Source: a virus (taxonomy: Duplodnaviria; Heunggongvirae; Uroviricota; Caudoviricetes). From it: a stretch of 64,000 nt of DNA. Position numbers and translations under genes: made by a program. The stretch lies in IMG/VR virus record IMGVR_UViG_3300013121_000003, positions 34,674 through 98,673 of that record. One strand, 5' to 3'. Every line of letters starts with the position of its first letter. Position 1 is the stretch's first letter. Below the pieces are notes generated by a model that had not been told where the DNA came from, did no database searches, and saw nothing but the letters and a program-made list of their open reading frames with translations. Below, piece by piece: positions 26,860 to 37,556 of the stretch.

Positions 26860-27524
26860 TAGAGAGCAACCACCGTTTTAGATGCCTTGACTTGTGTGTT
26901 AGATTGAACAGGAGTGATGTAGAGCCGTGCGTGCGTTGTGTTGGCATTGGCTGTATATGTGGCCATGTAAGAGTTTGAATGAGAATCAGCATAGACTTGA
27001 ATGTAGGCATCCAAACCCGAATCGTGATAGACAAGAGCTTTAGTGAATTGAAAATTGTTAGCTCCATTGTCCGAAACAGCAATGATATATTCAGCGCCAC
27101 GGAAAGATGATTTGAGGAACGAATCGACTAGTTGAGCCGATGTTCCAGAAGTTTGAACGTTGATTTGTTCTTGGAGAGTTTGAACGCTTCTACCTTGAAT
27201 GTAGATGGTAGAAGAATTAGCCATAACGTTGACAGTCGAGTTACCGATATAGAGATAATTGGAAGACGAATTGATATGAAGGTTTGAAACTACAGCCAAG
27301 TTTGCAGCAGATTGAACGTTACCACCACGAAGATTCGAAGTTGTTAAAGTTGTGGAAAATAGAATACCAGACAAGTAAGCATTACCAACAGTCACGGAAC
27401 CATTAGCATTCGTGTTTGCCGTCATGAATTCGGTATTGGCAGCAGTGATCATTTCGTTGAAACGATCAATCCAGACTTGGAATGTATCGGATGCTGGTGT
27501 AATTGCCGTAAGTTGTTTGGTCAT
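26859..27524 (-). CDS. Virion structural protein, fibre-connector-like
   Basis: DTFQVWIDRFNEM N-terminus; VDSFLKSSFRGAEYIIAVSD C-terminal module. Confidence 0.6.
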   Translation of the reverse strand: MTKQLTAITPASDTFQVWIDRFNEMITAANTEFMTANTNANGSVTVGNAYLSGILFSTTLTTSNLRGGNVQSAANLAVVSNLHINSSSNYLYIGNSTVNVMANSSTIYIQGRSVQTLQEQINVQTSGTSAQLVDSFLKSSFRGAEYIIAVSDNGANNFQFTKALVYHDSGLDAYIQVYADSHSNSYMATYTANANTTHARLYITPVQSNTQVKASKTVVAL

Positions 27525-27531
27525 TTAACTT

Positions 27532-27735
27532 TTAAACTTTCAAATGTGTTTTGATCAATTGTTCCAAATCACAAACCTTACTGTTCAATTCGTCCAACAT
27601 TCTTTTGATTCTATTTTGCTCATGTTGTTTCTCACGTGCCGCTAGAATTTGCTCATATTCACCTTGATTGGTATTTATGACCGTTCCTGTCTTTTTATCT
27701 TTAGTAAATCCAGGAACATTTGTTTTTTCTTGCAT
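27532..27735 (-). CDS. Small coiled-coil protein following the VrlC-like genes
   Basis: VPGFTKDKKTGTVINTN...ELNSKVCDLEQLIK. Confidence 0.65.
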   Translation of the reverse strand: MQEKTNVPGFTKDKKTGTVINTNQGEYEQILAAREKQHEQNRIKRMLDELNSKVCDLEQLIKTHLKV

Positions 27736-27760
27736 TGGTCAATTCCTTATATTTTAGTAA

Positions 27761-30397
27761 TTACGCTGAAAGTCCGACCACCTGAATTGAATCGATGCGA
27801 CTTGTTCTGTGTGGAGTATCCGATAGGAAAACCACTTTGATCATTGCCTTATCATATCCATCAAATTTAGTGTTTGAAGTATTGTGATAACGAACAACAT
27901 TGTCTTTTTGAATATTATTGAAAGCTTGATTTGGGTAAGTAAATTTATCAATTTTCAACCCTTCAGCGACTAATGATGTATTTGTAATTGCTTCTGTCAA
28001 TGTTAACGAAGTGTTTGATGTAATTGAATTCACAACAGCCACGATATGGTTATTGGGAAATAGTTCTTGTCTTAAGAGAACCAAAGAACCAACTGATAAT
28101 TCAGATTCAAATAAAGTATTCGAACCAGTTACCGTAGCTGAAGATAATGATGTTGAAACGATTCCAGTTAATACAGTTCTGTCTTGTGGATATTGATAGA
28201 ACCCATAAGTCTGTTCAACATAATCCGAAGTATCAGCCATAGATGATCTTGGTGGAATTCCTTTGAGTTCAAGTAATGTCCAATCCTTATCGTCAAATGC
28301 ATCTGGGTCTTCATTCTTATAGATTCGAGCATAAACCTTGATATCACAATTTGATGGATTATAGGCAGTCAAGAAAACTCTAATATCTTCAGCAGGACGA
28401 TCAAAATTGAAAATCTTGGTAATGTGCTTGGCCATCGCATTACCAGAATCAGTATGTTCGTTCGTATAATCATTATTGACAATATATTTCGAGAAGTGAA
28501 CTGAAGGAAGTCCCTTGATCATTGCACAAGTATAATCAGAATTTGAAGAAACATTTCCAACTAATCTAAATGCAACTGATGAATATGAATCAGCATTAGT
28601 GATCTTGTCATTGACTGAACCATCTGAATATCGAATAACATATTCATTTGATTTTGAAGGAAGAACAGGAACGTATTGAACTGATTCGGTATAGTTTGTT
28701 GCGTACATTGAAAGTGTGATTCTATTGGCTTCTGAGTTTGCAGAAACATAATAGGCATTATTACCGATGACTGCTGCATCCGTTGTTTTGTAATAAGGCA
28801 TATCGATCTGGAATGTATAATCAGAACCAGGAGGATTCTTCAATTCGAGATATGGAATGAATTCCGAAACATCTAAGTTTCTTACTTTACATTCACGGAA
28901 AATATTTGGTGTTAATTCTGTTAAGAGCGTTGCCCCAACTGTATAAGAGAACGTTGCGCCAGAACCGGCAGATGTGTTTGAAGTCGTATTGGCTGAAGTG
29001 GAATTGGCTATTGTTGCGCTCATGGCAGCGGTATTCGAGAATCCACAACCCAGATTCGAGAAGTAGATATCTGTTATTCCACCAGTCGAGTTGGTGACTA
29101 AATTAGCCTTGGCAGCATATCCACCACGAACTTTATTAGTTACTTCTTCCCAACCATTGATATAGAGAATATCACCATTTGAATAACCAGAACCACCAGC
29201 AGTGATTGAAATACTTTCGATTGTCGAATTGACAAATCGAACAGTCGAATTAGCTGTTGAGTTGGCGATTTGAACAAACGATTCAGAAATACCAAATGGA
29301 GAGTTCTTGTCGAAACCACTGACAGTTCCAGTTGGTGTTATCATGAATTGTGCAGCAGAGTTCGTAAAGGTAAGAGGTTCGTCTACTCTGATTTGAGTAT
29401 TTGAAAGAATAGCCACAACGTTTCTAATATTGTAGTTATTACCAGATTTGAAGACGACAACTTTTTGATTCGAGTTTGCTGTAAATATATCTGACCAAAC
29501 GAACGCTGAAGAATTTGGAAGAGTCGTGTTGGCTGTTACAATGACGTTTCCTGAATTACAATTGACTGCATGAGAAGTTTTAGTGGCAATATATCCACCT
29601 GGATAGGAGAAAGTATTCTGGAAAATTCTTTGTCCACCAACGAACGCATATTTAACCGAGTTTGCTTGATTGTATGAAACGTATTCATAGGAACCAAACT
29701 TAATATCAAAATTTGTTATATTAGACGTATAAGTCGTATTGGCTAATTCGTTTTCATGAATCAAAGAAACATCAATTGAAGAATTAGCGCCAACTGGATA
29801 TCCAGAATGTGCAAATCGAGCCAAGTAAACGTCGAATTTTAAATCAACATCAGAAACAGGACGCCAATTCTTGAGATACTGATCCAAGTCGGTTGTATCA
29901 TCAGCAATGAACATATTGAAAAAATCAAAATAGTTTCCTGTATATTTACCAGAAGGACCAGATGAAACTTGGTTGGTTGTTCCCACAAGAATATCACCTT
30001 GCTTGGAAGTCCATAAGACGAATTGATCTAACTGATCAAATCTCCAAATAAAGGCATATTCTTTATCGGTATCAACAAGAACTGGCATGTTGAAACGAAA
30101 TGTAGTTGGAATAGATGCATCAGATGATGTTTGAATATCGAAATACCCAACACGAGCAATTCCTTCACCATTAAATATTCCACTTTGACGTGAAATTCTT
30201 GGAACACCATAAACTGTTTCTGCGATGAAGAGAGTTACACCAGGAGTTGATGCACCAGAAAAGTTGGCATTGATTGCTGGTTTATGTTTAAAATAAAGAT
30301 TGATCGCCGAAATCATGACTTGTTGAGCACCAGCCACCTTTGTCGGATCAATGAAAAATGTTTGTGCCCCGTTAAATACTTCGGCTCTAACTGTCAT
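27761..30397 (-). CDS. Large virion protein, C-terminal part of the VrlC/DUF4815-like module
   Basis: AQTFFID, SAINLYFKHKP, TTFRFNMPV, EYAFI, DLKFDVYLARF, AKHITKIFNF, DIRVFL, RIDSIQVVGL. Confidence 0.7.
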   Translation of the reverse strand: MTVRAEVFNGAQTFFIDPTKVAGAQQVMISAINLYFKHKPAINANFSGASTPGVTLFIAETVYGVPRISRQSGIFNGEGIARVGYFDIQTSSDASIPTTFRFNMPVLVDTDKEYAFIWRFDQLDQFVLWTSKQGDILVGTTNQVSSGPSGKYTGNYFDFFNMFIADDTTDLDQYLKNWRPVSDVDLKFDVYLARFAHSGYPVGANSSIDVSLIHENELANTTYTSNITNFDIKFGSYEYVSYNQANSVKYAFVGGQRIFQNTFSYPGGYIATKTSHAVNCNSGNVIVTANTTLPNSSAFVWSDIFTANSNQKVVVFKSGNNYNIRNVVAILSNTQIRVDEPLTFTNSAAQFMITPTGTVSGFDKNSPFGISESFVQIANSTANSTVRFVNSTIESISITAGGSGYSNGDILYINGWEEVTNKVRGGYAAKANLVTNSTGGITDIYFSNLGCGFSNTAAMSATIANSTSANTTSNTSAGSGATFSYTVGATLLTELTPNIFRECKVRNLDVSEFIPYLELKNPPGSDYTFQIDMPYYKTTDAAVIGNNAYYVSANSEANRITLSMYATNYTESVQYVPVLPSKSNEYVIRYSDGSVNDKITNADSYSSVAFRLVGNVSSNSDYTCAMIKGLPSVHFSKYIVNNDYTNEHTDSGNAMAKHITKIFNFDRPAEDIRVFLTAYNPSNCDIKVYARIYKNEDPDAFDDKDWTLLELKGIPPRSSMADTSDYVEQTYGFYQYPQDRTVLTGIVSTSLSSATVTGSNTLFESELSVGSLVLLRQELFPNNHIVAVVNSITSNTSLTLTEAITNTSLVAEGLKIDKFTYPNQAFNNIQKDNVVRYHNTSNTKFDGYDKAMIKVVFLSDTPHRTSRIDSIQVVGLSA

Positions 30398-30409
30398 TTA
30401 TATTCCTTG

Positions 30410-30871
30410 TTAATCATGTTGTTCTATGCGATTTACGTCACCTTTAATAATACAGATATGAAAGTGCATTTGTGCTGTTGCGTATGACTGACTATCTGCC
30501 GATCTAATTTCAAATACTTTATATTGAACCTGAACTACATCTTCCATTCTTTTATTTTTATTATTTATTCTGTTTGAATAATAGGCAATAGATTCGGGAG
30601 TTTTTGTTTCATAGACGGCTGGTCTAGAAAACGGAATTTCATAATAAACATGAACTTTGGCTACTCCGTTTATATCAGTGATAATATCTTCACCAAGATT
30701 TTGCCCCCAACCTCGACATGCCCAAGTATAATCAACCCCATCAAGATAAACTTTGTGTTTTGTTGAAGGTCTTAATCCAGTGAAAGTCATTTTGTAACAA
30801 TGAACACCACTTCTATGTGTATCTTCAATTGTTGTGGAGATAGATGTATTTGAAAAAGAATTAAACGACAT
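30410..30871 (-). CDS. Middle segment of the VrlC/DUF4815-like module
   Basis: FTGLRPSTKHKVYLDGVD, DINGVAKVH. Confidence 0.55.
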   Translation of the reverse strand: MSFNSFSNTSISTTIEDTHRSGVHCYKMTFTGLRPSTKHKVYLDGVDYTWACRGWGQNLGEDIITDINGVAKVHVYYEIPFSRPAVYETKTPESIAYYSNRINNKNKRMEDVVQVQYKVFEIRSADSQSYATAQMHFHICIIKGDVNRIEQHD

Positions 30872-30886
30872 TAATATTACCTTTCT

Positions 30887-33800
30887 TTATGGACATCCAC
30901 CAGCATCACCACAACCATCGCCAGCGCCACCGGCACCACCACCCGAACCAGCGCCTCCGTCGCCACCACCACCATCTCCATAGCTAAATGTAAATGAAGA
31001 CGTAAATGTTCCTGGAACACCGGGTACACCGGGAACTCCTGGAATACCGGGAACTCCTGGAACTCCAGGAACTCCTGGAACTCCTGGCGTTCCTGGCGCT
31101 GGTGGCGGGCACCCGAGGGTCAAACGATCAATTGGATATTCAAGTAAATATCTCCACCGATAAGCACCAGAACCCTTAGTGACCTTGATCGTGTATTTAC
31201 GGCCAAGTCTAGGATTATGTGTCCATGTTAATTTTCCAAGATTCTTGGCATAAGAACCAGAAATGGTTGTGTCGATTCCATAGACCGAGAATTGGTCATC
31301 AAACCATTTACCAACAGTTGGAGAAACAACCATTGTTTTTTCTGAAGAAGTTAACACAACCGCATTTGCTGTTGAAACAATTAACGTATTTCCTTGATAG
31401 ACTTCAATCTTGGAATATGTATCGTAATTATAGAAATATAATGTTGCCGCAGAATTTGTATATGAAATAACACCATTGGCGAGTTCAGCCGAGCCAGCCG
31501 CAAAGTCATAAATCTTAGAATCTGTAAATCCAGAAACAGTGTTGCCGACTTCTAGATTATAGAATTGAGTTCTATAAGCATATGTGTTGGCAATTTGAGT
31601 ATCAGGCAAACATTCTGGTTCAGGAGCATCAATAGGAACTGTAGCGTTCTCTTGTGAAATCAAGAGTTCATCTACATAGGCACAACGAGGAATGTCAGAA
31701 CGATTGAAACGAGCAACCCAACCCATTTTAGATGGAAGTGCATCATCTTCATCGATCATAGCAGCGTAGGTTGGATTTTCTGTATCTGTGAATTTGTATG
31801 AAGAGAAATCATCAACAAAGAAACCAAACTTGAAACGATTCATGGTTCTATCATTAGAAGATGGAATAATTCTATCTTTCAATTCTGTTTCAAGTAATGA
31901 TAATGAAACGTAATATTCCAAATCAGAAATTCTTTTCTCAAGTCTTCCGATATCGACTTGATTATATCCTTTTGGTTGAACAAACATCGAACCAACAGTT
32001 TTATCTGTTACATACTGAATAGTTCTATCCATTAATCTTGTGTGTAGATATCTAATGTTCATCACTCGTGTATTAATAATCATAGACAATTCTTCTGTTC
32101 TGGCAATTGGAAGTGATGGATATGCTGGAACATAAAGATCAATCAACTTCATTAGAGAAGAATCGGCAAATTCAACGGGACTAATATTATCAATATCAGT
32201 TCCGGGAGCCGATGACATTACAGAAAACTTTCCATGACGATCAAGAACAACAGAATCAACTCTTGACAAGTATTGTTCAACAGTCGCCGTAAAATTCTTG
32301 TCTGGTGAAGGGAACTTCAGATCATTTGCCGGATCGGCTGTATTTCCAAAGGAAAGAGTTTCAGTTGGATTAATTGGTGCTGAACCATGAGTAGCAGCAG
32401 GAGCAGCCGTATTTGAAACTGAAGGTCGGAAATCGAAATGGTTGATTAAATCAATTGTTTTTCCATCATAGTTTGTTATTTCTGGAATTTCAAATGATGA
32501 AACTTCAGATGTTAATGAAGACAAAGCAATTGAATCATTTAATTGTCTCTGTGTTGAGTTTGCAGACACATATGAAACTGTATCGTGGAACCCAACACCC
32601 GAAGTTGTAAAGTAATCAAATTCAACAAGTAGATAATCGGAAGAAGTCAAATTTAATGTTGTCTTGGGAATCGTATAGAGATAAGAAAGGCCCAAGTAAT
32701 TTGGATTTTGATTATGATCCACATAGAATTGTGAAATATAATTTGTATCGGTATTCGCAACACCAGATGATTGTGCGATATAAACACCACGAAGTCTGAA
32801 TACATCTGGAACACCAAGACACCACGGACCAGTTGTTCCACCAGTGTTATTAGCGGTTCTGATCTTGACAAATTTCTTACGATTAGGAGATTTGGTTTCT
32901 TGAGAAACACCAACTCTATTTACATCAACACCCAATGCTGTATTAACTGATGTTGAAGAATCAATTCTAAGTGCTCCACCATTTGATGAATATGTCATTG
33001 TTAATGTCAAGATATTTCCATTGGCATCAACGTTTCCAGTTAATCCGGCTCTTGAACCGAATGGAATTGGAACATATTTTGGAAAAGCTCGTCTAACTTT
33101 AGCTGTTGCGTTTGCGTAAGAACCATTTGAAGAAATCGTAATTTGTGTTGAGTTCGTAACCGAAACAACTCGTCTGATATCTCCACCACCTGTCGAATTA
33201 GCTAATAGATAAACATAATCACCAGCAGTCAATTCAGAAGTGAAATCTGTTCCGTTTCCAACAACTGTTGTTGAGGTTGTGTTGATAGAAACGTTTCCTG
33301 TTAGATTGTTAGACGCAATCAGGTTATTAGCAATTGGGGCAATATAGAGAGTTGACAACTGTGAATTCGACATTGTTCCTGAGAATGGGAAGAATTCGGA
33401 TGGAGTTGCCGAAATATCTTTAGTCAAAACACCAGTGTTTGAAAATGCTGTAGTCTGATAAATTGTTCTATATGGATATGTAATTCCATTGGCATTCTTT
33501 AATGATTTAACACCAGAATAGAATAATAGAGAATTTCGTTCGATATCACCAAGTTGAGTAATATCTGTATTGTTCGTTGGTGAATAAACTTGAATTACGT
33601 CTGCAATTCCTTTGTAAGTTCCATCATAATAAATCGATTTCGTATCAGCAAAGTTCTTTCCTGCATTCATTCGAATATCGAACAGATACATTTTATATTG
33701 AGCTTCAGAAGACCCAATTAGATTTTCTGGTGCAATGTTATTGATAGCCACAAGAGAACGAATTCTGGCTGTTCCGATTTGTGTTCCAACAGGAGAAATA

Positions 33801-35518
33801 TCACTAGCCGAAAATGCAGCAGCGTTAGATAAGAATGTCTTGAATGAACTATAGAGTTTGACGGTATCACCAGTTGAGTATTGGAAAACACCACCAACTT
33901 CATTGACATACACATAGTTCCCATAATTCATAGAAACGATTTGTGGAGTTGTCTTAGTAGCAACCGATTTGGCTACATCTAGCGTAAATGTATCTTCCGT
34001 TCTGACACGATATCCATCAATATAAGCCGTACCGGGATCAACTTTCAATTTATAGTTCGAAGCATCAAGAGTATTGGAAGTTGTTGTTGTGGTAATGAGG
34101 AATTTGTCAATAACGAAGTTACCAGAAGTATCTTTAGTTCTTCTGGCCATTTCATCATTTATCTTATTGTATTGTGTTGTCTTGTTTTGCCTAAAGGGTC
34201 TTCCATCTGACCATTCACATAGAACAAAGAAATCTGAATTGGCAGCAGCATCATCTGTAGTCAAAACCTGAAGTGTAGGAACTACCTTCAAACGATTTGC
34301 ACCAGGAGCTTGATAGTTCTCTGATAAAGGAGGACCAGCAGGATCAAGTAATGAAGTGTCTTCAAACGATGTAATAATTTCTTCCGAAGAATTGAAACCA
34401 ACAACAACATCATCTGGCGTTGTCGAATATTTCTCAATTATAACTTTCTGTGCATTGACTTTGAGGAAATATCCTTTGTGATAGCAAACACCTTCTGTAA
34501 TTCCGAATGCATATCCATTTCCTACAGCACCAGAAACAGTTGAAACAGTTACGTTAGCCAAATAGTTTCTAGCCAGAACATTTAAAGTTCCAATTCCAGA
34601 AGAATTATTAGCCGATTTAATTCTAACATTTGGAGCGGTTGTGTAATTAGTTCCTGAAGATGTGACTGAGATTGTTAGAATCTTACCAACAGAATCCGTA
34701 GTAACTTGTCCTTGAAGACCAGAACCGATAATTCCTTCAATAACACCAGTTACCGTATTTGAAGCATTCGAAATAGAATCTCCATTAGCCAACGTCCATG
34801 CTGATGAGGTAATTGTAGCGTTGGCCAAATCAGCAGTTCTTGGTTGAAGTGAAAGAATGACTTGGTTTGAAGTCAAGAGTGTATTTGCGTCAATAGCAAC
34901 GATTTGAAGATTAGCGCCAGTTCCATTGTAGATATATTCACCGTTAGAGAACGAAGCAGATGCATTGACAATGACGGCAGAAGTTACAATAACTGAATCT
35001 GCATTTGAGAATGCAGAACCACCATTTATTACATCAAACTTATGAACTTTGGAATTGATATCACTAACCTTTAAAACTTCACCAGAAGTAAAAGCAAATG
35101 TATTTGAGTTAGTTCCAGAATTGATATACTTGAGATACAGAGTTTTTAGATCGGGATCATTTGCTTCGAAACCATCATAATAATCTGTAACATATGCTTT
35201 TAGACCTGTTGTTGAAGAATATAAGAAATGAGAAACATATGAAGAAGGAACCGCAGTTGTTCCGTCTACTTCAAGGTCAACTATTTTGATATATGGAAGT
35301 GGATTGTAGAAAACGAAATTGCAACCATCAACAATAGTTCCACGCTTAAATATATTATCACCAAATCTTTCGATTTGTTTTTGAAGCATTGATTGAAGTT
35401 CATTTAGTTCACGAACTTGAACTGAAACTCCGGGTTGAAAAAGAGTTTTGACAAATTGTTTATTTTCGTCGAAAGTATCATAATAAGGTGATTGATTTAG
35501 ATTCGTTTCTATTGGCAT
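30887..35518 (-). CDS. Very large virion protein, VrlC/DUF4815-like
   Basis: 1543 aa; TNLNQSPYYDTFDE, LFQPGVSVQVRELNELQSML, APGANRLK, EMARRTKDTSGNF, DIGRLEKRISDLEYYVSLSLLE, RFKFGFFVDDF. Confidence 0.85.
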   Translation of the reverse strand: MPIETNLNQSPYYDTFDENKQFVKTLFQPGVSVQVRELNELQSMLQKQIERFGDNIFKRGTIVDGCNFVFYNPLPYIKIVDLEVDGTTAVPSSYVSHFLYSSTTGLKAYVTDYYDGFEANDPDLKTLYLKYINSGTNSNTFAFTSGEVLKVSDINSKVHKFDVINGGSAFSNADSVIVTSAVIVNASASFSNGEYIYNGTGANLQIVAIDANTLLTSNQVILSLQPRTADLANATITSSAWTLANGDSISNASNTVTGVIEGIIGSGLQGQVTTDSVGKILTISVTSSGTNYTTAPNVRIKSANNSSGIGTLNVLARNYLANVTVSTVSGAVGNGYAFGITEGVCYHKGYFLKVNAQKVIIEKYSTTPDDVVVGFNSSEEIITSFEDTSLLDPAGPPLSENYQAPGANRLKVVPTLQVLTTDDAAANSDFFVLCEWSDGRPFRQNKTTQYNKINDEMARRTKDTSGNFVIDKFLITTTTTSNTLDASNYKLKVDPGTAYIDGYRVRTEDTFTLDVAKSVATKTTPQIVSMNYGNYVYVNEVGGVFQYSTGDTVKLYSSFKTFLSNAAAFSASDISPVGTQIGTARIRSLVAINNIAPENLIGSSEAQYKMYLFDIRMNAGKNFADTKSIYYDGTYKGIADVIQVYSPTNNTDITQLGDIERNSLLFYSGVKSLKNANGITYPYRTIYQTTAFSNTGVLTKDISATPSEFFPFSGTMSNSQLSTLYIAPIANNLIASNNLTGNVSINTTSTTVVGNGTDFTSELTAGDYVYLLANSTGGGDIRRVVSVTNSTQITISSNGSYANATAKVRRAFPKYVPIPFGSRAGLTGNVDANGNILTLTMTYSSNGGALRIDSSTSVNTALGVDVNRVGVSQETKSPNRKKFVKIRTANNTGGTTGPWCLGVPDVFRLRGVYIAQSSGVANTDTNYISQFYVDHNQNPNYLGLSYLYTIPKTTLNLTSSDYLLVEFDYFTTSGVGFHDTVSYVSANSTQRQLNDSIALSSLTSEVSSFEIPEITNYDGKTIDLINHFDFRPSVSNTAAPAATHGSAPINPTETLSFGNTADPANDLKFPSPDKNFTATVEQYLSRVDSVVLDRHGKFSVMSSAPGTDIDNISPVEFADSSLMKLIDLYVPAYPSLPIARTEELSMIINTRVMNIRYLHTRLMDRTIQYVTDKTVGSMFVQPKGYNQVDIGRLEKRISDLEYYVSLSLLETELKDRIIPSSNDRTMNRFKFGFFVDDFSSYKFTDTENPTYAAMIDEDDALPSKMGWVARFNRSDIPRCAYVDELLISQENATVPIDAPEPECLPDTQIANTYAYRTQFYNLEVGNTVSGFTDSKIYDFAAGSAELANGVISYTNSAATLYFYNYDTYSKIEVYQGNTLIVSTANAVVLTSSEKTMVVSPTVGKWFDDQFSVYGIDTTISGSYAKNLGKLTWTHNPRLGRKYTIKVTKGSGAYRWRYLLEYPIDRLTLGCPPPAPGTPGVPGVPGVPGVPGIPGVPGVPGVPGTFTSSFTFSYGDGGGGDGGAGSGGGAGGAGDGCGDAGGCP
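31011..31098 (-). repeat. 9-nt tandem repeat encoding about 10 PG(V/T/I) collagen-like triplets
   Basis: PGTPGVPGVPGVPGVPGIPGVPGVPGVPGT near the C-terminus of the 1543-aa protein. Confidence 0.9.
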
Positions 35519-35528
35519 CCATTAACCT

Positions 35529-37556
35529 TCAAAAAGTGAAATTGATTCTAACTGTTTCGGATTGATTGTTTTGTCGTGTAACTGGTAACAAATTTTCCAC
35601 AAACAATATTTCCCCCGAACCTTCAAATATCTCTGGCTTATAGGAACTACTTATAGAAGCAATTGCAAGAGATGTTACGCCAACAATATTTCCTGTAGTG
35701 AATTCTCCTTGTGGATTTGTGATATAGACTGTCAAAGTTCCACCATCGAGTGTTGCAGAATGTATGCGACCAATTGCCGTAGCTGTTGCGTAAGATGCAC
35801 CCTGATAAACAACTTCATCAGTCGTGAAAGTTCCAGAAGAATATGTTCCAACTAATTTAACCATCTGAATAAACGTGTTGAAATCCTTGGTCACGGCCGA
35901 ACGGATAACAGAACTGACAACAGCTTGACCACCAGAAGAATTTCCAACGAACACATCATTACTTTGAAAAACACCTTGAACAGAAGATATGTTGATGATT
36001 GTCGAATTTGATTGAGAAACGAAAATAGCATTAGACGAAACATTTGCTTGATAAACCAAAGCAGATGTGCACGCAAAGAAACCATTAGATGTAACGTTTA
36101 TTACTGTTGAATTCACAACATCATTGACACGAGCCAACATATGTGAGGTTCCATTTGACGCCTTAATATAGACGAAATCGTTGGCCGCTAACTGATTTTC
36201 GAAATCTCCACCAGAAACCGTAACCAACGAACTTGTCGTGTTGATTGTTGCGTTTGTTGCGATTCTAACTGGATTTATTTTGTAAATCGTCTCGTCTGCC
36301 AAAAATAGGCCATTTGAAGAAGAAATGACTAGTGTGGTATTACCAAAGATTGGGTCTTTAATTACACCAACTTGTTGGAACTTATTTACAGCCGGAATTG
36401 TATTTGTTTCAGTGTTTGAAAATTTAACTGAGAACATCAAACCATCTGCATGAAGCTCTGAAGCGGCATCATATCCATGTCCATGATATGGAGAATAGAT
36501 TGGACGAACAATAGCAGCAGATTGAACAGAAACGACTGAGTTTGCAATAACGTTGGCCGAAGCAAATACATATCCAGAACCACGATTCATCATCTCAACA
36601 CGATAAATGGAATTCTGTGAAGAAGCATTGACAAGTGCACGAGCAACAGCATTTACCAAATCTCTTCCGTGACCAGTCACGATAACTTCTGGATTAATTT
36701 GCCATTGTGAACCGTTTACAGGAGTTACCGTCAATTCATTTGAAAGTTCAATAAAATTTCCAATAGAATTTACATAATAGTCACTGATTCTGGAATATTC
36801 ACCAGCACCAGTTCCAGAAGAAATGTAAAGAAGACAGCCTGTATAGAACCCATTTGTTACTTGAATATTGGTATTAGTAATTCTGTATAAATTTGGATCG
36901 CCATCATATCTGATTTGAGAAGCAGTAAAAGTTCCACTTAAATAATTGTGATAACCTGAACCTTCACCATCAATTTTAATAATATCGATTGAGCCATTGA
37001 CGGCTTGTGAAGAAACTGTTGCGTTTGCTTGAAGAGGAAAGTAATCATCAGTCGAGAACTTATCCTTGATCGTTGAAGACACTGAATACATGTATTTCCA
37101 ACGATATCCATCTGATGTTTGATAGACGTAAGTGTTGGCACCAGAAATATGAGAAAAATCAGGTTCAATTGTGCTATTTGCACCAAGGTTATTATCTAAG
37201 CATTTATAGACATGATAGTAAGAAGAAGCATTGACAATCACATAATAATCTGAATCGACCAATTCATCATCTTCATCATCATACATATCATAAACTGTTC
37301 CAGAAACATATGGAATATTACGGATAGTTAATATAGCATCATTTGATGAAACTCGTTTACCGACTTCCATATTCTGGTACGGATCAAATTGAGTTTCGAC
37401 AATTGATTCTGCAATTTCTGTGATTGCAGAATTTGTCTTGGGAATGTGATCACCCAGAAAAACATAATATGCTGAATTCGATTGTTCTGAAATCGATTCT
37501 AGCATTTGTCTCGCTAAATGAAGTTTATGTTTACGTGTTGTTATTTTTGTTGTCAT
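35529..37556 (-). CDS. gp8: Baseplate wedge subunit
   Basis: YYVFLG, YYVIVNASSYYHVYKCLDNN, TSDGYRWKYMYSV, ILFVENLLPVTRQNNQSETVRINFTF. Confidence 0.85.
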   Translation of the reverse strand: MTTKITTRKHKLHLARQMLESISEQSNSAYYVFLGDHIPKTNSAITEIAESIVETQFDPYQNMEVGKRVSSNDAILTIRNIPYVSGTVYDMYDDEDDELVDSDYYVIVNASSYYHVYKCLDNNLGANSTIEPDFSHISGANTYVYQTSDGYRWKYMYSVSSTIKDKFSTDDYFPLQANATVSSQAVNGSIDIIKIDGEGSGYHNYLSGTFTASQIRYDGDPNLYRITNTNIQVTNGFYTGCLLYISSGTGAGEYSRISDYYVNSIGNFIELSNELTVTPVNGSQWQINPEVIVTGHGRDLVNAVARALVNASSQNSIYRVEMMNRGSGYVFASANVIANSVVSVQSAAIVRPIYSPYHGHGYDAASELHADGLMFSVKFSNTETNTIPAVNKFQQVGVIKDPIFGNTTLVISSSNGLFLADETIYKINPVRIATNATINTTSSLVTVSGGDFENQLAANDFVYIKASNGTSHMLARVNDVVNSTVINVTSNGFFACTSALVYQANVSSNAIFVSQSNSTIINISSVQGVFQSNDVFVGNSSGGQAVVSSVIRSAVTKDFNTFIQMVKLVGTYSSGTFTTDEVVYQGASYATATAIGRIHSATLDGGTLTVYITNPQGEFTTGNIVGVTSLAIASISSSYKPEIFEGSGEILFVENLLPVTRQNNQSETVRINFTF

